From: Octopus sinensis | Taxonomy: Eukaryota | Direction of reading: 5' to 3' | Assembly: GCF_006345805.1 (NCBI RefSeq) | Contig: NC_043007.1 | Coordinates: 28,582,001 to 28,646,000 of the forward strand | Length of the DNA: 64,000 bases | Part shown: positions 12,962-25,032 of the stretch, one piece after another | How the letters are laid out: each line of letters starts with the position of its first letter | Position numbering within the stretch: the stretch's first letter is position 1 | Notes under the pieces: generated by a model | Databases searched by the model: none | The model's input: the letters and a program-made list of their open reading frames with translations, nothing else | Told to the model about the DNA's origin: nothing | Made by a program: the position numbers and the translations under genes

Positions 12962-13822
12962 TGAGAGAGAGAGATAGTGTGTGTGTGTGTGTGTATATGA
13001 TTATTCTTCAGACCCTTGCACCTCTAATGTAATCTTCAAATAGTATCAGCTTTTGTTACTTTGTGTATGACTAGCTTGGCCCTTTGAACTCCAGTCACAA
13101 CAGCCATCAAATGGACTTCCATACAGTTTCCATCTACCAAGTTTCACTCATAAGTCTTCTATCAGCCCAAAACTATAATCGATTCCCTCAGCTGAAGCGG
13201 CACACAATGGAATTAACCCAGGCACACAAGAGAGTGAAAACCCTTCTTAACTATCGGTTCATGCTGCATAGAGAGAATACCATTGGGATATTAGTGAATG
13301 AGAGTATGTATGTAGTTCTTTATCAATAAATTATATCCATGTTGTGGATAAGAAGGTAGAGGTGTGTTCTATGGCTGTTATGAAATGGATGGAGGCAAAC
13401 AAAGTGACTACTGCCTATAGTAACTCATCTCAACTAACGCTGATCTTCACCAACCAACAGAGGATGAAGAGAAAGATTCCCAGTCTCAGAGACCCAGTTA
13501 TTCCTCCTCTTTCTTCAACTCTCTTCATTGCAGTATTCTGTCAGATAAAGACCTGCAACCTCCACCCATACACACACACTTCTAACAATATCATTCTACT
13601 GTATTCCATGTCAAAGATCCAAAAATATTTAGGAAGTCCCTGAATGATCCACAATTATCTATCTCTCAATAAAAAAACCTTCACCTAACTTCACAAGAGT
13701 TATGTCAATTAGAAATATTGATCGGAACTGATTTATTTCCAATATAATTAATTATTCTACCAATGTCTCACCTCCAAGTATTTCTTTGACTTGTTTTAAT
13801 TTCCTTTTTTTTTTTGTTTTAG

Positions 13823-14012
13823 AAACGGTTAACACTCTATGGAAATGCTGTGAAACCTTTCTTGGAATATTTCCGTAAATCAGAGAAAATGATTTCAATA
13901 GATTCTTCATCGGGTAAAATTGACACAATTTGTTCAATTCTCACAGACTTTATGACCTCCTTGAATATGCAAAGTCAGAAAGCAATCAGTACTGTGATAT
14001 ACTTTGCATTTA
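13823..14012 (+). CDS. Exon B of adenylate-kinase-5-like gene
   Basis: ttttgttttag|AAA..TTT A|gtaagt, 190 nt, phase 0/1. KRLTLYGNAVKPFLEYFRKSEKMISIDSSSGKIDTICSIL resembles the AK C-terminal motif (RLxxY..P..xYY..G....ID). Confidence 0.8.
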
Positions 14013-14052
14013 GTAAGTAAAACAGTTTACTTATTACCTACCCACCGCCCCA

Positions 14053-14086
<34 letters not shown>

Positions 14087-14490
14087 ACTCTTTATCTCTC
14101 TCTCTCTTTCTGTGTGAGAATATGCACTTAAGACATTACAATTAAATTAATGAAAGAGGTGAGTGTTCAGAGAAGCACACCTTGATGTCTGTGAGTAGAA
14201 GGAGCGAGACACAGAGATGTTTAACATTCTAGACAACTGGTAGTTTCACCAAGAAAGTTGTGGTCGGGGTGAGGGTCGTGATGGTGGTGGTGAGGAGGAG
14301 GCAGATGAGGACGAGGAGGAGCCAATTTTCTTGAAAGTTGGCCTAAATCCATGGAACTCTCACAGAACTGTCAGAAGCTTTATAGCATCTATTACGTACA
14401 TACCCTACATCACCTATTACATACACCCTCAAACAATTCTTGTGAATCACTGAGTTTCCCTAATTAAACTTTAAATTCTGTCTTTTCCAG

Positions 14491-14579
14491 CTGCAGAAGA
14501 GTGTAACTCAATCAGAGACACATACCTTGTAAATTATATTTGTTTAAAGGACCATAACGAACTTGATGATTCATCACCA
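14491..14579 (+). CDS. Exon C of adenylate-kinase-5-like gene
   Basis: tcttttccag|CT..CCA|gtaagt, 89 nt, phase 1/0. Reads AEECNSIRDTYLVNYICLKDHNELDDSSP. Confidence 0.8.
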
Positions 14580-14701
14580 GTAAGTAATTAGCAATCACAG
14601 TCCACACATTCTCATTTGTTCTCTCTCTTTCCACAATATTTGTTCTCAGTCTTTCTGAAACTGTTTCCACTTTGAAACCCCACAACATTCTTTCTCTGAT
14701 A

Positions 14702-16493
14702 TTAAGTCGTCAAGAATGAAATTTGTAGTGAGGTATGTGGTAAACTTTTGACAGCTGCTCATTTTGCGTCATCATTATATTTTGAAAATCTTTATTTTTC
14801 GATAGAAAGCTGACACATCTATTTCTTTATTCTAACTCATTTTGCACTTTAGAAAGTATTTATAAATTGTTTTTTGCTATTTTTGTTTAGAGATGGATAA
14901 GTCAGAAATTCATACAGTTTTGAAATATGAGTTCTTTCTTGGAAATACAGCATCACAGACAGCTCAGAATATTAATGGAGTATTTCATTCTAATGTTATT
15001 ACGCAGCAGACAGTATCAAATTGGTTTTCAAAATTTCGTTCTGGTAACTTTGACCTAACAAATGACCAATGTGGTCGACTAGAAACAAAGGTGGATAATG
15101 ACGAACTGAAAGTCACCATCGATTCAGATCCATCTCAAAGTACCTGTGAATTATCGTTGTTGTTTGGTGTTAGCAAGCAAACAATATTGACTCATCTAGT
15201 TCAAATCGGTAAAGCGGAAAAGTTGGATAAGTGGGTTCCACATGAACTCAATGAAAATCAGAAACAGCAACGTTTGGAAGCCTGCATTTTGCTATTTTCT
15301 TGTCACAAAAATGAATTCTTTTTGAATCAAATTGTAACTGGTGATGAGAAATGGATCCAATACAACAACCATAAACATTCAGTACAATGACAAACCACGA
15401 AAACACAATCCAAAAAGCAAAATTCATCAAAAGAAGCTGATGGTGTATGTTTGGTGGTCTGGCACATGTGTGATCCATTATGATTTCATTAAACCTGGCT
15501 CATCAATCATGGCTGAAGTATACTGCAGCCTACTGGACTGAATGATGCAGAAACTTACAAAAAAACAGCCTAGATTAGTTGACAGATCCACTTATAGTGG
15601 TGTCAGGGTTATCCATTTTTGGTGGTAACATCGACTTAATGACACACTATAATTTAGTCAGTATGAGAGAAAAGGAAGTCCTTGTATTTGCTCATAACAG
15701 CAAGAAAATAGAATTCATGAGGTGCTTGTAATAAGTCATAACTTTTATTACTGGAGGTAATGCGTTAACATACAAGGTTAATTGAAGGAAAGCTTATGAT
15801 ATTACATGAATATGTTCTGTTTTGCAGTCACATGTCTCCAAGTAAGAAAGGCGAATGGGTGCATGAGTGGGCATGGAATGTGGCAGTTTGACCCAATGCA
15901 TGTTGAAGAACCAACAGGCCCTGAATGGCACGAATTTAGAATTTCTTTCCTTTATATAAAGGATGGACTGGAAGTCCCCAACTTCCATGTAAAACTGGAA
16001 GCTTCCAGAAAGATCTCAAACATTCTAGAAGCTCAAAGGAGATTACTCTTGTTACATCCCTTTTCTGTTTTGCTTGCCATTGTAACCACAAGGATCACTA
16101 CACACTCCTATTTTATTGCAAGACAATGCCAGACCACACATCGCAAAAATGACATTGGCAAAACTACAGGAGTCGGAGTTGGAAGTTCTCCATCATCCAC
16201 CATACTCACCTGATCTTGCACCCACTGACTACCACTTCTTCCAGAATTTGGAAAACTTTTTGATAGGAAAAAAATTTAATTCTGATGATGCAGTAAAACA
16301 AACCTTCCAAGATTTTATTGACTCTTGATTGCCAGGCTTTTACAGTTCCGAACCAGACAAGCTACCGCTGAAATGGCAGAAGTATATTAGCAATATGGGT
16401 GCATAGTTTGATGAATAAAACTATGCCTTGTATTTATAAAACATTAGCAAAACTTTTTTTTCTTTTCTACAAATTTCATACTTGACAACCTAA
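14702..16493 (+). mobile_element. Defective DD34D mariner interrupted by a solo LTR
   Basis: TA-flanked ~27-bp TIRs (ttaagtcgtcaagaatgaaatttgtag and its inverse). WVPHEL, TGDEKW, QDNARPH and YSPDLAPTDY (D34D) are present. About 1.28 kb once the insert is removed. Confidence 0.92.
15593..16102 (-). mobile_element. Solo LTR, probably Ty3/gypsy
   Basis: 510 bp; the minus strand reads TGTAGTG..CACTATA. 4-bp TSD CACT at 15589-92 and 16103-06, TATA-like element at 15951-60 and AATAAA at 15749-44. Removing it restores the mariner frame (DRST-PILLQDN). Confidence 0.75.
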
Positions 16494-16974
16494 TAACTTT
16501 AATAGTAATCTGGAGGATAACATACTTGATGTAATAATTCAAGAAATTATAATCAATTTTAATTACACCCTTACTGATGAGGATAATCATTATCTAAATG
16601 ACTAATTCTGGTAAGAAAAAAACTATAGAGATTATAACCCTAACCCTAAAATTTCTTAGTTCACTACAATAAGGAACTAGTTTATTGTTAAGTTTTTATG
16701 CAGAAGACGTCCTTGAGTAAGTACTCCCAGTCATTGTTGTGAAGTTCTCATTCCCTAAAAGACTATATCCTCTCTTAGCTCTTCATATTTGGGAGCTGTA
16801 CTGCCCTGATAAGTGCTAATAATACAGAAATACGTACACAGTTATCCTCACACTATCAAACTTACTGTAGTTTATTTTTCGATTATTTTTAATGAATTGC
16901 AACTCCAGTTTGTCTCCTTTCCCCTTTTTATTTTAGAATTATTTAATTACTAAGACAATGCTTTTCCTTCATCA

Positions 16975-17400
16975 GTGCATGCTTCCCTGGGCATGGACAC
17001 ATTAAAACACTAATGTGTATCAACTGACTTGGTAGACACCCACAAGATTATCCACTTCTTTCCAACAATAACCTTGGGCACATTTTAACTCTCATACGTC
17101 TAACATTCATGGACATGCTTACAAAATCAAAAAATAGCACAGTGCCTATGACTTTTGGAAACATTTTTTGATGCTCAGAATAGCATGTTAGCCATCAGGA
17201 CACTACATCCTTCAAAACTTCAATGCTTCCTGAAATTTGTCAACTGCATTCCTGATAAAACACCCACACACATTTTATTAAACAACTCATTTGCTGTTCA
17301 TTTTTTGTGCATTTTCTATGTCCTGTGCATGCATTTTTATCTACCTTTTCTAATGAGTTGAAGCACACCTGAGCACTGTATACAATAACATCATTATCAT
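16975..17400 (+). mobile_element. Decayed 3' fragment of the CR1/L2 family at 9960-12270
   Basis: Aligns with 11815-12270 (cttccctgggcatggacacatt..cacctgagcactgtatacaataa). Confidence 0.8.
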
Positions 17401-17515
17401 TTTTATAAAATTCATGCAAGAAATGTTTATTCCTCTCTGCCTCTACTTCTACTCCTTCCCCAACCTTGTCTCTAGTTCAAGAAACAATGCAATCTTTTAC
17501 CATATCCATTTTCAG

Positions 17516-17629
17516 GAGAAGCTCTTCCAATGGTTGTGTTGTTACATTGCCGAAAATCAGTATGAGAATCGGAACTTCCTTATTAATATGGTTGGAATTG
17601 ATATCAATTCTAATTCCTTTAATCAAACA
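17516..17629 (+). CDS. Exon D of adenylate-kinase-5-like gene
   Basis: ccattttcag|GAG..ACA|gtgagt, 114 nt, phase 0/0. EKLFQWLCCYIAENQYENRNFLINMVG resembles AK ..KGFLIDG. Confidence 0.8.
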
Positions 17630-17959
17630 GTGAGTTTTATTTTTTTCCTTTCTCTATCCCTCTCTCTTTTTCTCTCTCTCTCTCCTTCTCATACACACAC
17701 AAACATTTGTTTTTATATATTTTTCAGTTGATTTCTAAAAAACAAAACAACTTTACATTAAACTGAATGGTTTCTCAATATTGTTTGTAGAGTACATATT
17801 AATCATACATTTGCAAAGAAGAGTGGTGACAATGACTGCCAAGTTTTGGCCTGCACAGCCTTCATCTAACTTTTCTGATGAAAGCCAAGCAGGCTGAAAC
17901 TTCGAAGTCACTGTCAGTACTATTCTTGTTAATGAATAATATACATCTATGTAGATATC

Positions 17960-18008
<49 letters not shown>

Positions 18009-18014
18009 ATCTAT

Positions 18015-19100
18015 AGTTTCCATCCGGATATTGTACGATGGGTTGGTGCCTTCCTCTCAGATCGCTCCTTCCAAGTCCAAGTTAATGGTTCGCGGTCCGA
18101 CGTCTCCAGTGCAAGCAGTGGCGTGCCTCAAGGTTCAGTGCTTGGGCCCTTGTTGTTCTTAGTCTTCATAAATGACTTGCCCGACGACCTCACGCAACAC
18201 ACCCTTCTATTTGCTGACGATATCAAACTGGTCGCTCCTCGCGGTAATATAGAGGATCTTCGTCGATGCCTCCACCAAATTTGGAAGTGGTCTAACGATT
18301 GGGACCTGTGTCTGAACATGTCAAAGTGCTGTCATCTGCCTGTCGGCTCTACTCCTGCAACTCAACTTGATTTCGAGCCGGGTCGTCTGCTGCTGGAGAG
18401 GACCGATCAGGTAAAGGACCTGGGTATCTTGGTGGATTCCTCCTTTTCGCCTTCAGCCCAGTGCGTCCATGTTGCCAACAAAGCACGCAGAATTCTGTTC
18501 TTGATTCGACGGTCATTTGGAATGCTCACGGCAGCCATATTCCTACCACTCTATGTCACACTGGTGAGACCCATATTGGAGTATGGGATTCAAGCCTCTT
18601 CTCCTTATCTCCTCAAAGACATACAGCATCTCGAAAGAGTCCAGAAGCTGGCTACCCGCATGGTTCATGGTCTCAAAAATTTGTCCTACGAAGAAAGGCT
18701 GAGGACGCTCGACCTTTATTCTCTTGAAAAACGCCGCCGCCGTGGTGATCTCATTCTCGCCCACAACATCATAAGCGGAAAGTGTAACCTCTCGAAAGAG
18801 CTGTTCTTCACTCCTGCTCCAGAGCGTCGGCTGCGGGGTCATTCCGAAAAGCTCTACCTGCGACGATTTCATCTCAATCGAAGGAGAGGAGCTTTCTCCG
18901 TCCGGGTTGCGGATCCGTGGAACAAGCTGCCAGACGAGATGGTGAAGATGCCGACGACTGCTTTGTTCAAAGCCTCCCTGGACCTCAAGTGGCCTGAACT
19001 CTTTACATGAACACCACCCTGTACTTAACTCCATGTCCCCCTACATGGCCTTGCTATTTGCTTTTGAGCCAAATTAACTAACTAACTAACTAACTAACTA
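18015..19100 (+). mobile_element. Young 5'-truncated CR1/L2-group LINE (second family)
   Basis: Uninterrupted RT C-terminal ORF 18123-19010 (PQGSVLGPLLF, FADD, RPILEY), GC-richer than its flanks, with a (TAAC)n tail. Confidence 0.9.
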
Positions 19101-19166
19101 TCTCTATCAATCTATCTATCCCTCTCTTTCCCTATCTCCCTCTCTCTCCCTATATGTGCACACACA

Positions 19167-19233
<67 letters not shown>

Positions 19234-19520
19234 ACTTTATACCAAACCTAAAATCCTGACAATATTTATGACCAGACCCGGCTATGTGCTGTCAACTCAC
19301 TCCTGCCCTCCATTCTACACAGACACAGTCCTCTAGTCTTAGATTGAGTAGTTGATAAAAAAAGACTAATAAATTAAAAATGAACCACAATCCTTTACAA
19401 GTTATGACCCCTACAAACTTCATACAGTCTTAGAAGTGTAGTATATTCTTAGCTACATTAGTGGCAACATGGACACTTTCCCTATTCTTGCTCTATTTGA
19501 GCATTTGAATAAAATTATAT

Positions 19521-19746
19521 TTATTTCTTTATTGCCCACAGGGGGCTAAGCATAGAGGGGACAAACAAGGACAGACAAAGAGATTAAGTCAATTACATCG
19601 ACCCTAGTGTGTAACTGGTACTTATTTAATCGACCCTGAAAGGATGAAAGGCAAAGTTGACCTCAGCGGAATTTGAACTCAGAACGTAACAGCAGATGAA
19701 ATATTGCTAAGCATTTCACCCGGTATGCTAACAATTCTGCCAGCTC
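19521..19746 (-). mobile_element. tRNA-derived CORE-type SINE
   Basis: Reverse complement of the element at 59894-60115, with B-box-like gagttcaaattc and CORE-like gcctttcatcctttc..gggtcgat..agtaccagt. Confidence 0.8.
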
Positions 19747-19802
19747 AAGTAAAATTATATGAATGTGTCCAAGTAATTAAGAAATTCTATCTATTTATTT
19801 AT

Positions 19803-19886
19803 GCAGCTGAAGATAGCCCTACAGTTAAATTGATGTAATGATTGCATTGTTCAATTAAACGGAGTCGCTTGAAACGGCCGTACTGC
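19803..19886 (+). ncRNA. Minimal type I hammerhead ribozyme (PLE type), intronic and sense to the host gene
   Basis: Stem I gcag/ctgc, CTGAAGA at 19807-13, extended stem II hairpin (aattga/tcaatt, taatg/cattg), GAAAC at 19871-75, palindromic stem III acggccgt and GTA cleavage triplet at 19880-82. Positions 10.1/11.1 are U/U. Confidence 0.7.
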
Positions 19887-19917
19887 TTTACCTCTTGATA
19901 TCCTGTTGCTTATTTTG

Positions 19918-19954
<37 letters not shown>

Positions 19955-20012
19955 TTTGTAGATATACATAAATCCGGAGAAGAAGCACAATCTAAGATGT
20001 AGAGCAGTTAAA

Positions 20013-21670
20013 ATTATAGTGGGGTTGGCTGGTTTATGGGGTTACTCTGGGTTACTCTTATGGCATATCTTCAGAGCCCAAACCCTGCTGGCCTGAGACC
20101 TCTATGGAGTGGGGGAAAAGCCTTGTTTTAAAGGCAAAACCTTAGGTGATTATCTCCCTTTGCCATTGGCCATCAGGTTTTGGCTGTGCTGCCATCTTGC
20201 AGTCACCAAAGCACCACGAAGGTAAACGATTGTCTCCCTTCAGCCTTGGCTCTTGGTTTCCAGCTGTAGCTCCACTCTGCTGATTCTAAAAAGCCAGCAG
20301 GAATTTTCTAAAATGCAAGCATAGCTTGAAAATCTCTGTCCTGGAGTTCAGGATTCCCCCTGGTACAAGTGAATCTTTAAGGATCCTCATGTGTTCAGCC
20401 CATTGATGTAGGGGCCTATGTTCTCAAGTATTTTCCATGTGATTGAGTATGGAATCTCTTCATCTCTTAGTTGCCAGATATGGCTGGCCAATGATGTCAC
20501 ATATCTCATTTCCAGGACTTTGAAAGAGGACAAATGATTCGAAATATGCTACTTGAGAGAATTCTGTGTGCACCCCACGTACTTCTGTGGGTGCGTGATA
20601 TCGTTGTGTCTGTTACTGCTGTTGTGGCTGCTGTTGTGGCTACCATTGCCACTGATGCCACTGGTGGTGTTGTCACTGCTGCTGTTGGTACTGCTGGGGG
20701 TGGCATTGGTGCTAGTCGTATTCTCACCCCCATGTGTGTGCTGTTGCTTATGCTGCAGTCGTTGTTGTTGCTGCAGCCATTGCTGTTGTTGTTGTTGATG
20801 GAGTTGGAGCTGGGGTTGCTGGTGTTGGCAATGATGGAGGCTGTGGTGGTGGCCACGGTAGTGCTATTGCCACTGGCAGTTATGGAGGCGCTGCTGCTGA
20901 TGATGCCATTATCGCCAGTGATGGAACTGGATCTGTTGCTTCTGCTACTACTACTACTATGGGGGCTAATAGGTCTGGCATCGTGGATATTGGGGAAGCT
21001 ATTGGTAAGGCCGATGATGATGGCAATGTTGCTGCTGTTGTTGTTAACAATGCTGCCATCCATTGAGGCAGTGGTAGTGTTGGTGGCTCTCAAGCAGCAT
21101 ATTTCCAATCCTCTGTCCTCCTTCAAAGTGCTGAAAAGAAGATACGTGACATCGCTGGCCAGCCAGATCTGGCAGCTAAGAGACAAAGAGATCCATACTT
21201 GATCATATGGAAAATATTCGAGAACCCAGGCCTCTACATCAATGGGACGAACCAATGCAAGCTATGCATTGCTGAATGCATGAGGGTCCTTAAAGACTTG
21301 CTCATGCTGGGGGGCCATCCTGAACTCCAGAATGGAGATTTTTTGGGCCATGCTTGCATTTAAAAAAATTCCTTCTGGCTTTTTGAAATTTGCAAGGTGG
21401 AGCTACAGTCAGAAACCAATTGCTAAGACTGAAGGGAGACAATCATTTACCTTTGTGGTGCTTTGGTAACCTCAAGATGGCTGCACAGCCAAAGATCGAT
21501 GGCAAAGGGAGATAATCATCTTGGGTTTTACCTTTAAAACAAGGTTTTTTCCCCTCCATATTTTGAAGAGGTCTCAGACCAGCAGGGTTTGGGGTGTGAA
21601 GATACGCCATAAGGCTAAACCTCTTGTGAACAAAAAGCCCAGGGTAACCCCATAAACCAGCCTACCCCAC

Positions 21671-21676
<6 letters not shown>
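20013..21676. mobile_element. Fold-back made of two inverted Penelope-like 3' ends around a low-complexity spacer
   Basis: Arms are 20013-20558 and 21088-21676. The right arm (21149-21380, frameshifted) gives TSLASQIWQLRDKE..YLIIWKI..CKLCIAE..ILNSRMEIFGPCLHLKKFLL, matching the C-terminal part of the PLE GIY-YIG endonuclease region. Confidence 0.8.
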
Positions 21677-21702
<26 letters not shown>

Positions 21703-21762
21703 GCACACACACACATATTCATTCATTTATTTCTAGTTTTTTCTCTATTTTTCCCTTCGCAG

Positions 21763-21975
21763 TCTAACAAGAAACCAGTGCTCTTCTTTGAAGTCAATAA
21801 TTCTGTATTGAAGAAATACATGGAATGTCGCACACGAGACGTGAAACAGCAGCTGAAGGAAGTGAAAACAGTCATCTCAACTGAAAATGAAGTTTACTTG
21901 TTCTCTCCAGACACAGATTCAGAACTTTGCAAGCACATAGCATGGTGCTTCACTGAGTACCGTGAAAGTATATAA
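21763..21975 (+). CDS. Exon E (probably terminal) of adenylate-kinase-5-like gene
   Basis: tttcccttcgcag|TCT, phase 0. Reads SNKKPVLFFEVNNSVLKKYMEC..NEVYLFSPDTDSELCKHIAWCFTEYRESI* and completes the in-frame five-exon chain. Confidence 0.78.
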   Translation, partial: SNKKPVLFFEVNNSVLKKYMECRTRDVKQQLKEVKTVISTENEVYLFSPDTDSELCKHIAWCFTEYRESI

Positions 21976-22395
21976 GGACTTGAGCTGCTCAATGACTCAT
22001 TATCAACATTTCCTGCTCGTCATTGCTGCCATTCTATAATTCCTGGACATTTTAACCAATGTTTTCCTAATTCCAAACCCATTGACTCTTCCTTCCCTCC
22101 TTCACCTTGTTTCATCTCTTAAATATTTTATTTTTGGTTATTTTTGTAGCATAATTATTGAAAAATGAGCTGATATATCATCGTGAATAACATATATAAA
22201 TATACATACATACATACGTAAATATATACACATATATATGCATATATGAAATACATAGATACATACACACACATATATGTATGTGCAGCGAAGAAGGCAT
22301 CATTCAAAAGCTAAACCAATAACAAAGTGCATTGTGATCAGTGATGTGTAACACGATCCAATAGTCTGGTCAATACTGTGGTGTATACGTGTGTA

Positions 22396-22428
<33 letters not shown>

Positions 22429-22450
22429 CTGTGTGTATAACATACATATA

Positions 22451-22616
22451 AGAGGGATGACCAGTAAGTGGACATCCATATGCTAGAAGCTGACCCCCTG
22501 TGGTCTTACCACTAAGAAAGGAATGTTCTCAAGAAACTTTAGCAAACGCCAAAATGTAAGCGAGCAAGACAAATGAAAAGATACAAAATGGATGTCCACT
22601 TAGTGGTCATCCCTCT
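22451..22616. mobile_element. 166-bp MITE with ~29-bp TIRs and TA flanks
   Basis: ta|agagggatgaccagtaagtggacatcca..tggatgtccacttagtggtcatccctct|ta. Confidence 0.8.
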
Positions 22617-22736
22617 TATATGGATGTAATATAATTTTTCTGAATCTTCAGATTTTTCAATATGCTAGACCACTGCTTTTAAATTGATATTAATCAAATT
22701 AATATTCAATTTTTCGCCCTTAGTATTTTAAATTTT

Positions 22737-22768
<32 letters not shown>

Positions 22769-22800
22769 CATCATCATCATCATCATCATCATATATATAT

Positions 22801-22860
<60 letters not shown>

Positions 22861-23413
22861 AACATACTCTGTGTTCTGGTATCAAAGAAATTTGTTCTCA
22901 TGGATGCATCTTTGGAACTATAAATGCATGGAGTTCTAAACATGGATTATATACTGCACAACACGAGAGCTATTTAGGTGTAGATATATACAACACACAC
23001 ACACACACACACATATGTGCATATGTGTGTCTATATATACATATGTATGTATGTATTTATATGATGCACATAAATATGCATATATGTATATATGTATGTA
23101 TATATATTTATGTATATGTTTGTATATATATTTATACAAATGTGAGTGCGTGTGTGTGCATGCACACAGACACACACATACACATGCACACGCATGCATG
23201 TGTAAGTTGAGAATTCTTTATTGGTCAAGTTAAAATTCAGTGTCCATTGCTGGGCCACTTTTTTTTTTGGCAGAGATTAAGATATTCTGGAAGGTTTGTT
23301 TGTCACGGAAATCAATAGAATATGCTAAAAAAAATATCGTTAATGTTAAATGAGAACAGTATATAGATTTCAAATGCACAAATATGCAATTGGTTATTAT
23401 GTGAAAAGGAATG

Positions 23414-23444
<31 letters not shown>

Positions 23445-23932
23445 TGTGTGTGTGTTCGTGTGTGTGTGTGTGTGGGTGTGTGTGTAGAATGTTTACCTGC
23501 ATTCATTTACACACGTACACATAAAAACATAAGTGCTTGCATTTAAAAATCCACACACAAAAATTAAACATAGATATACATGTATGTACCTCAACATTTT
23601 CCATGTACATATTTTCTGTTTGATAGAAAGATTAATTACATCTGTGAGTTTTCAAATTTATGTCTTGTAATCTTGTGCCATTAACAGTATTTTCAAGAGT
23701 ATTTTCTTAATTTCCATCACAAATTTATAAAGACAGAACATGGAATATTTTAATCTCAGTTTGAAAAATATTTTAATGCAATACTTTTGATCTCTGAACT
23801 ATTCGCAAATAATCTGTGTGTATGTGCATGCATGTACAATATATACATACATACATGCATATTATACACACACACATACATACATATATATATCCCAAAA
23901 AGAAGCACGCTCTAAATCATGGAGCAGTAATG

Positions 23933-24774
23933 TATTTATAAGAGGTTAGGTCTTTGTCTGGTCACAGAGTGACCAATAATTTTGCATCCACAAAGGGCTT
24001 AGCCCTATGAACATCTTGTCAGACTCTAAAACTGAAAACAAATGTAACTCTGGGAGGCAGGAATCTGTTATGATCATTTGGTCAAGAAGTCACCAAGAAT
24101 ATATAGTCTGAGGTCAGTGAGGACAGGTTATCCCCTTTAGACCAGTTCTTGTGGGACAAACAAAAAGGGGGAACGGGATTTTTTTCCTCTGGGTCTAATC
24201 ATAGAACAGGAAATACCATGCTTGCAGTAGGCAGCATTTGAAATGGATGCAAGGACTGTAGATTTCCTGGCGAGTGTTCTGTGATTCAGACTTCAGGGAG
24301 TTTTTGAGTATCCTTGCTTGCTCGGCTATATAGAACTGGTAGCATTCACCCTCATTAAGCAAGCAAGGATACTCAGAGACTCCCGGTAACCTGAGTCACT
24401 GAAGACTTGCCAGGAAATTTACAATCCTTGCATCCATTTCAGATGCTACTTCCTGCAAATATGGGATTCTCTGATTAAACCCAAAAGGGACCTAACAATC
24501 TAGAAGCAGCCCAAAGAAAACAATCCCCTGTTCTTTTGGCCCACAAGCCACAAGAACTAGTCTAAGGGAGATAACGCATCCTCACTGACTGGACTATTTA
24601 TTCTTTGGAGAGTATCTGACCAAATGACCATAAGGGATTCCTGCCTTCCAGAAGGGAAGAGTTACATTTGTCTTGCTTTAGGATCTGACAAGATGTCCAC
24701 GAGGCCAAGCCCTTTGTGGATGTGAAACCAATGGTCACTCTATAACTGGACATAGTCTGAAATACTTATAAATA
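23933..24774. mobile_element. Older fold-back of two inverted PLE 3' ends, each with a decayed hammerhead
   Basis: Arms are 23933-24322 and 24358-24774. They encode ARIL..TRQEIYSPCIHFKCCLL, matching the fold-back at 20013. Hammerhead remnants agagt-CTGACAA..GAAAC..GTC-actct lie at 24680-24741 (+) and 23966-24027 (-). Confidence 0.75.
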
Positions 24775-24863
24775 TATATGTGTGTGTGTATCTACATATA
24801 CATACACACACATACATATATATATGTATATATATGCACATATACATACATGAATATATACAA

Positions 24864-24906
<43 letters not shown>

Positions 24907-24915
24907 TGGGAGGTG

Positions 24916-24957
<42 letters not shown>

Positions 24958-25032
24958 GTAAGTCTGTAATTTGTCTAAGAGTCCATAAGTCAGGAAAAAT
25001 GTACTCGTATATCCATCAATAGAGTGGGTGTG

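Noticed and set aside
15806-16213. 135-aa ORF
   Set aside because: It spans the solo LTR antisense and an off-frame part of the mariner; no domain is recognisable.
16574-16605. CTGATGA-ggataatcattatct-AAA hammerhead-like string
   Set aside because: G12 is missing, and there is no stem III, cleavage triplet or stem I.
20506-21255. Overlapping 222-249-aa ORFs (poly-Leu, Ser/Thr/Asn-rich) on both strands
   Set aside because: They are a by-product of a stop-poor trinucleotide mosaic and PLE arms, and they lie inside an intron.
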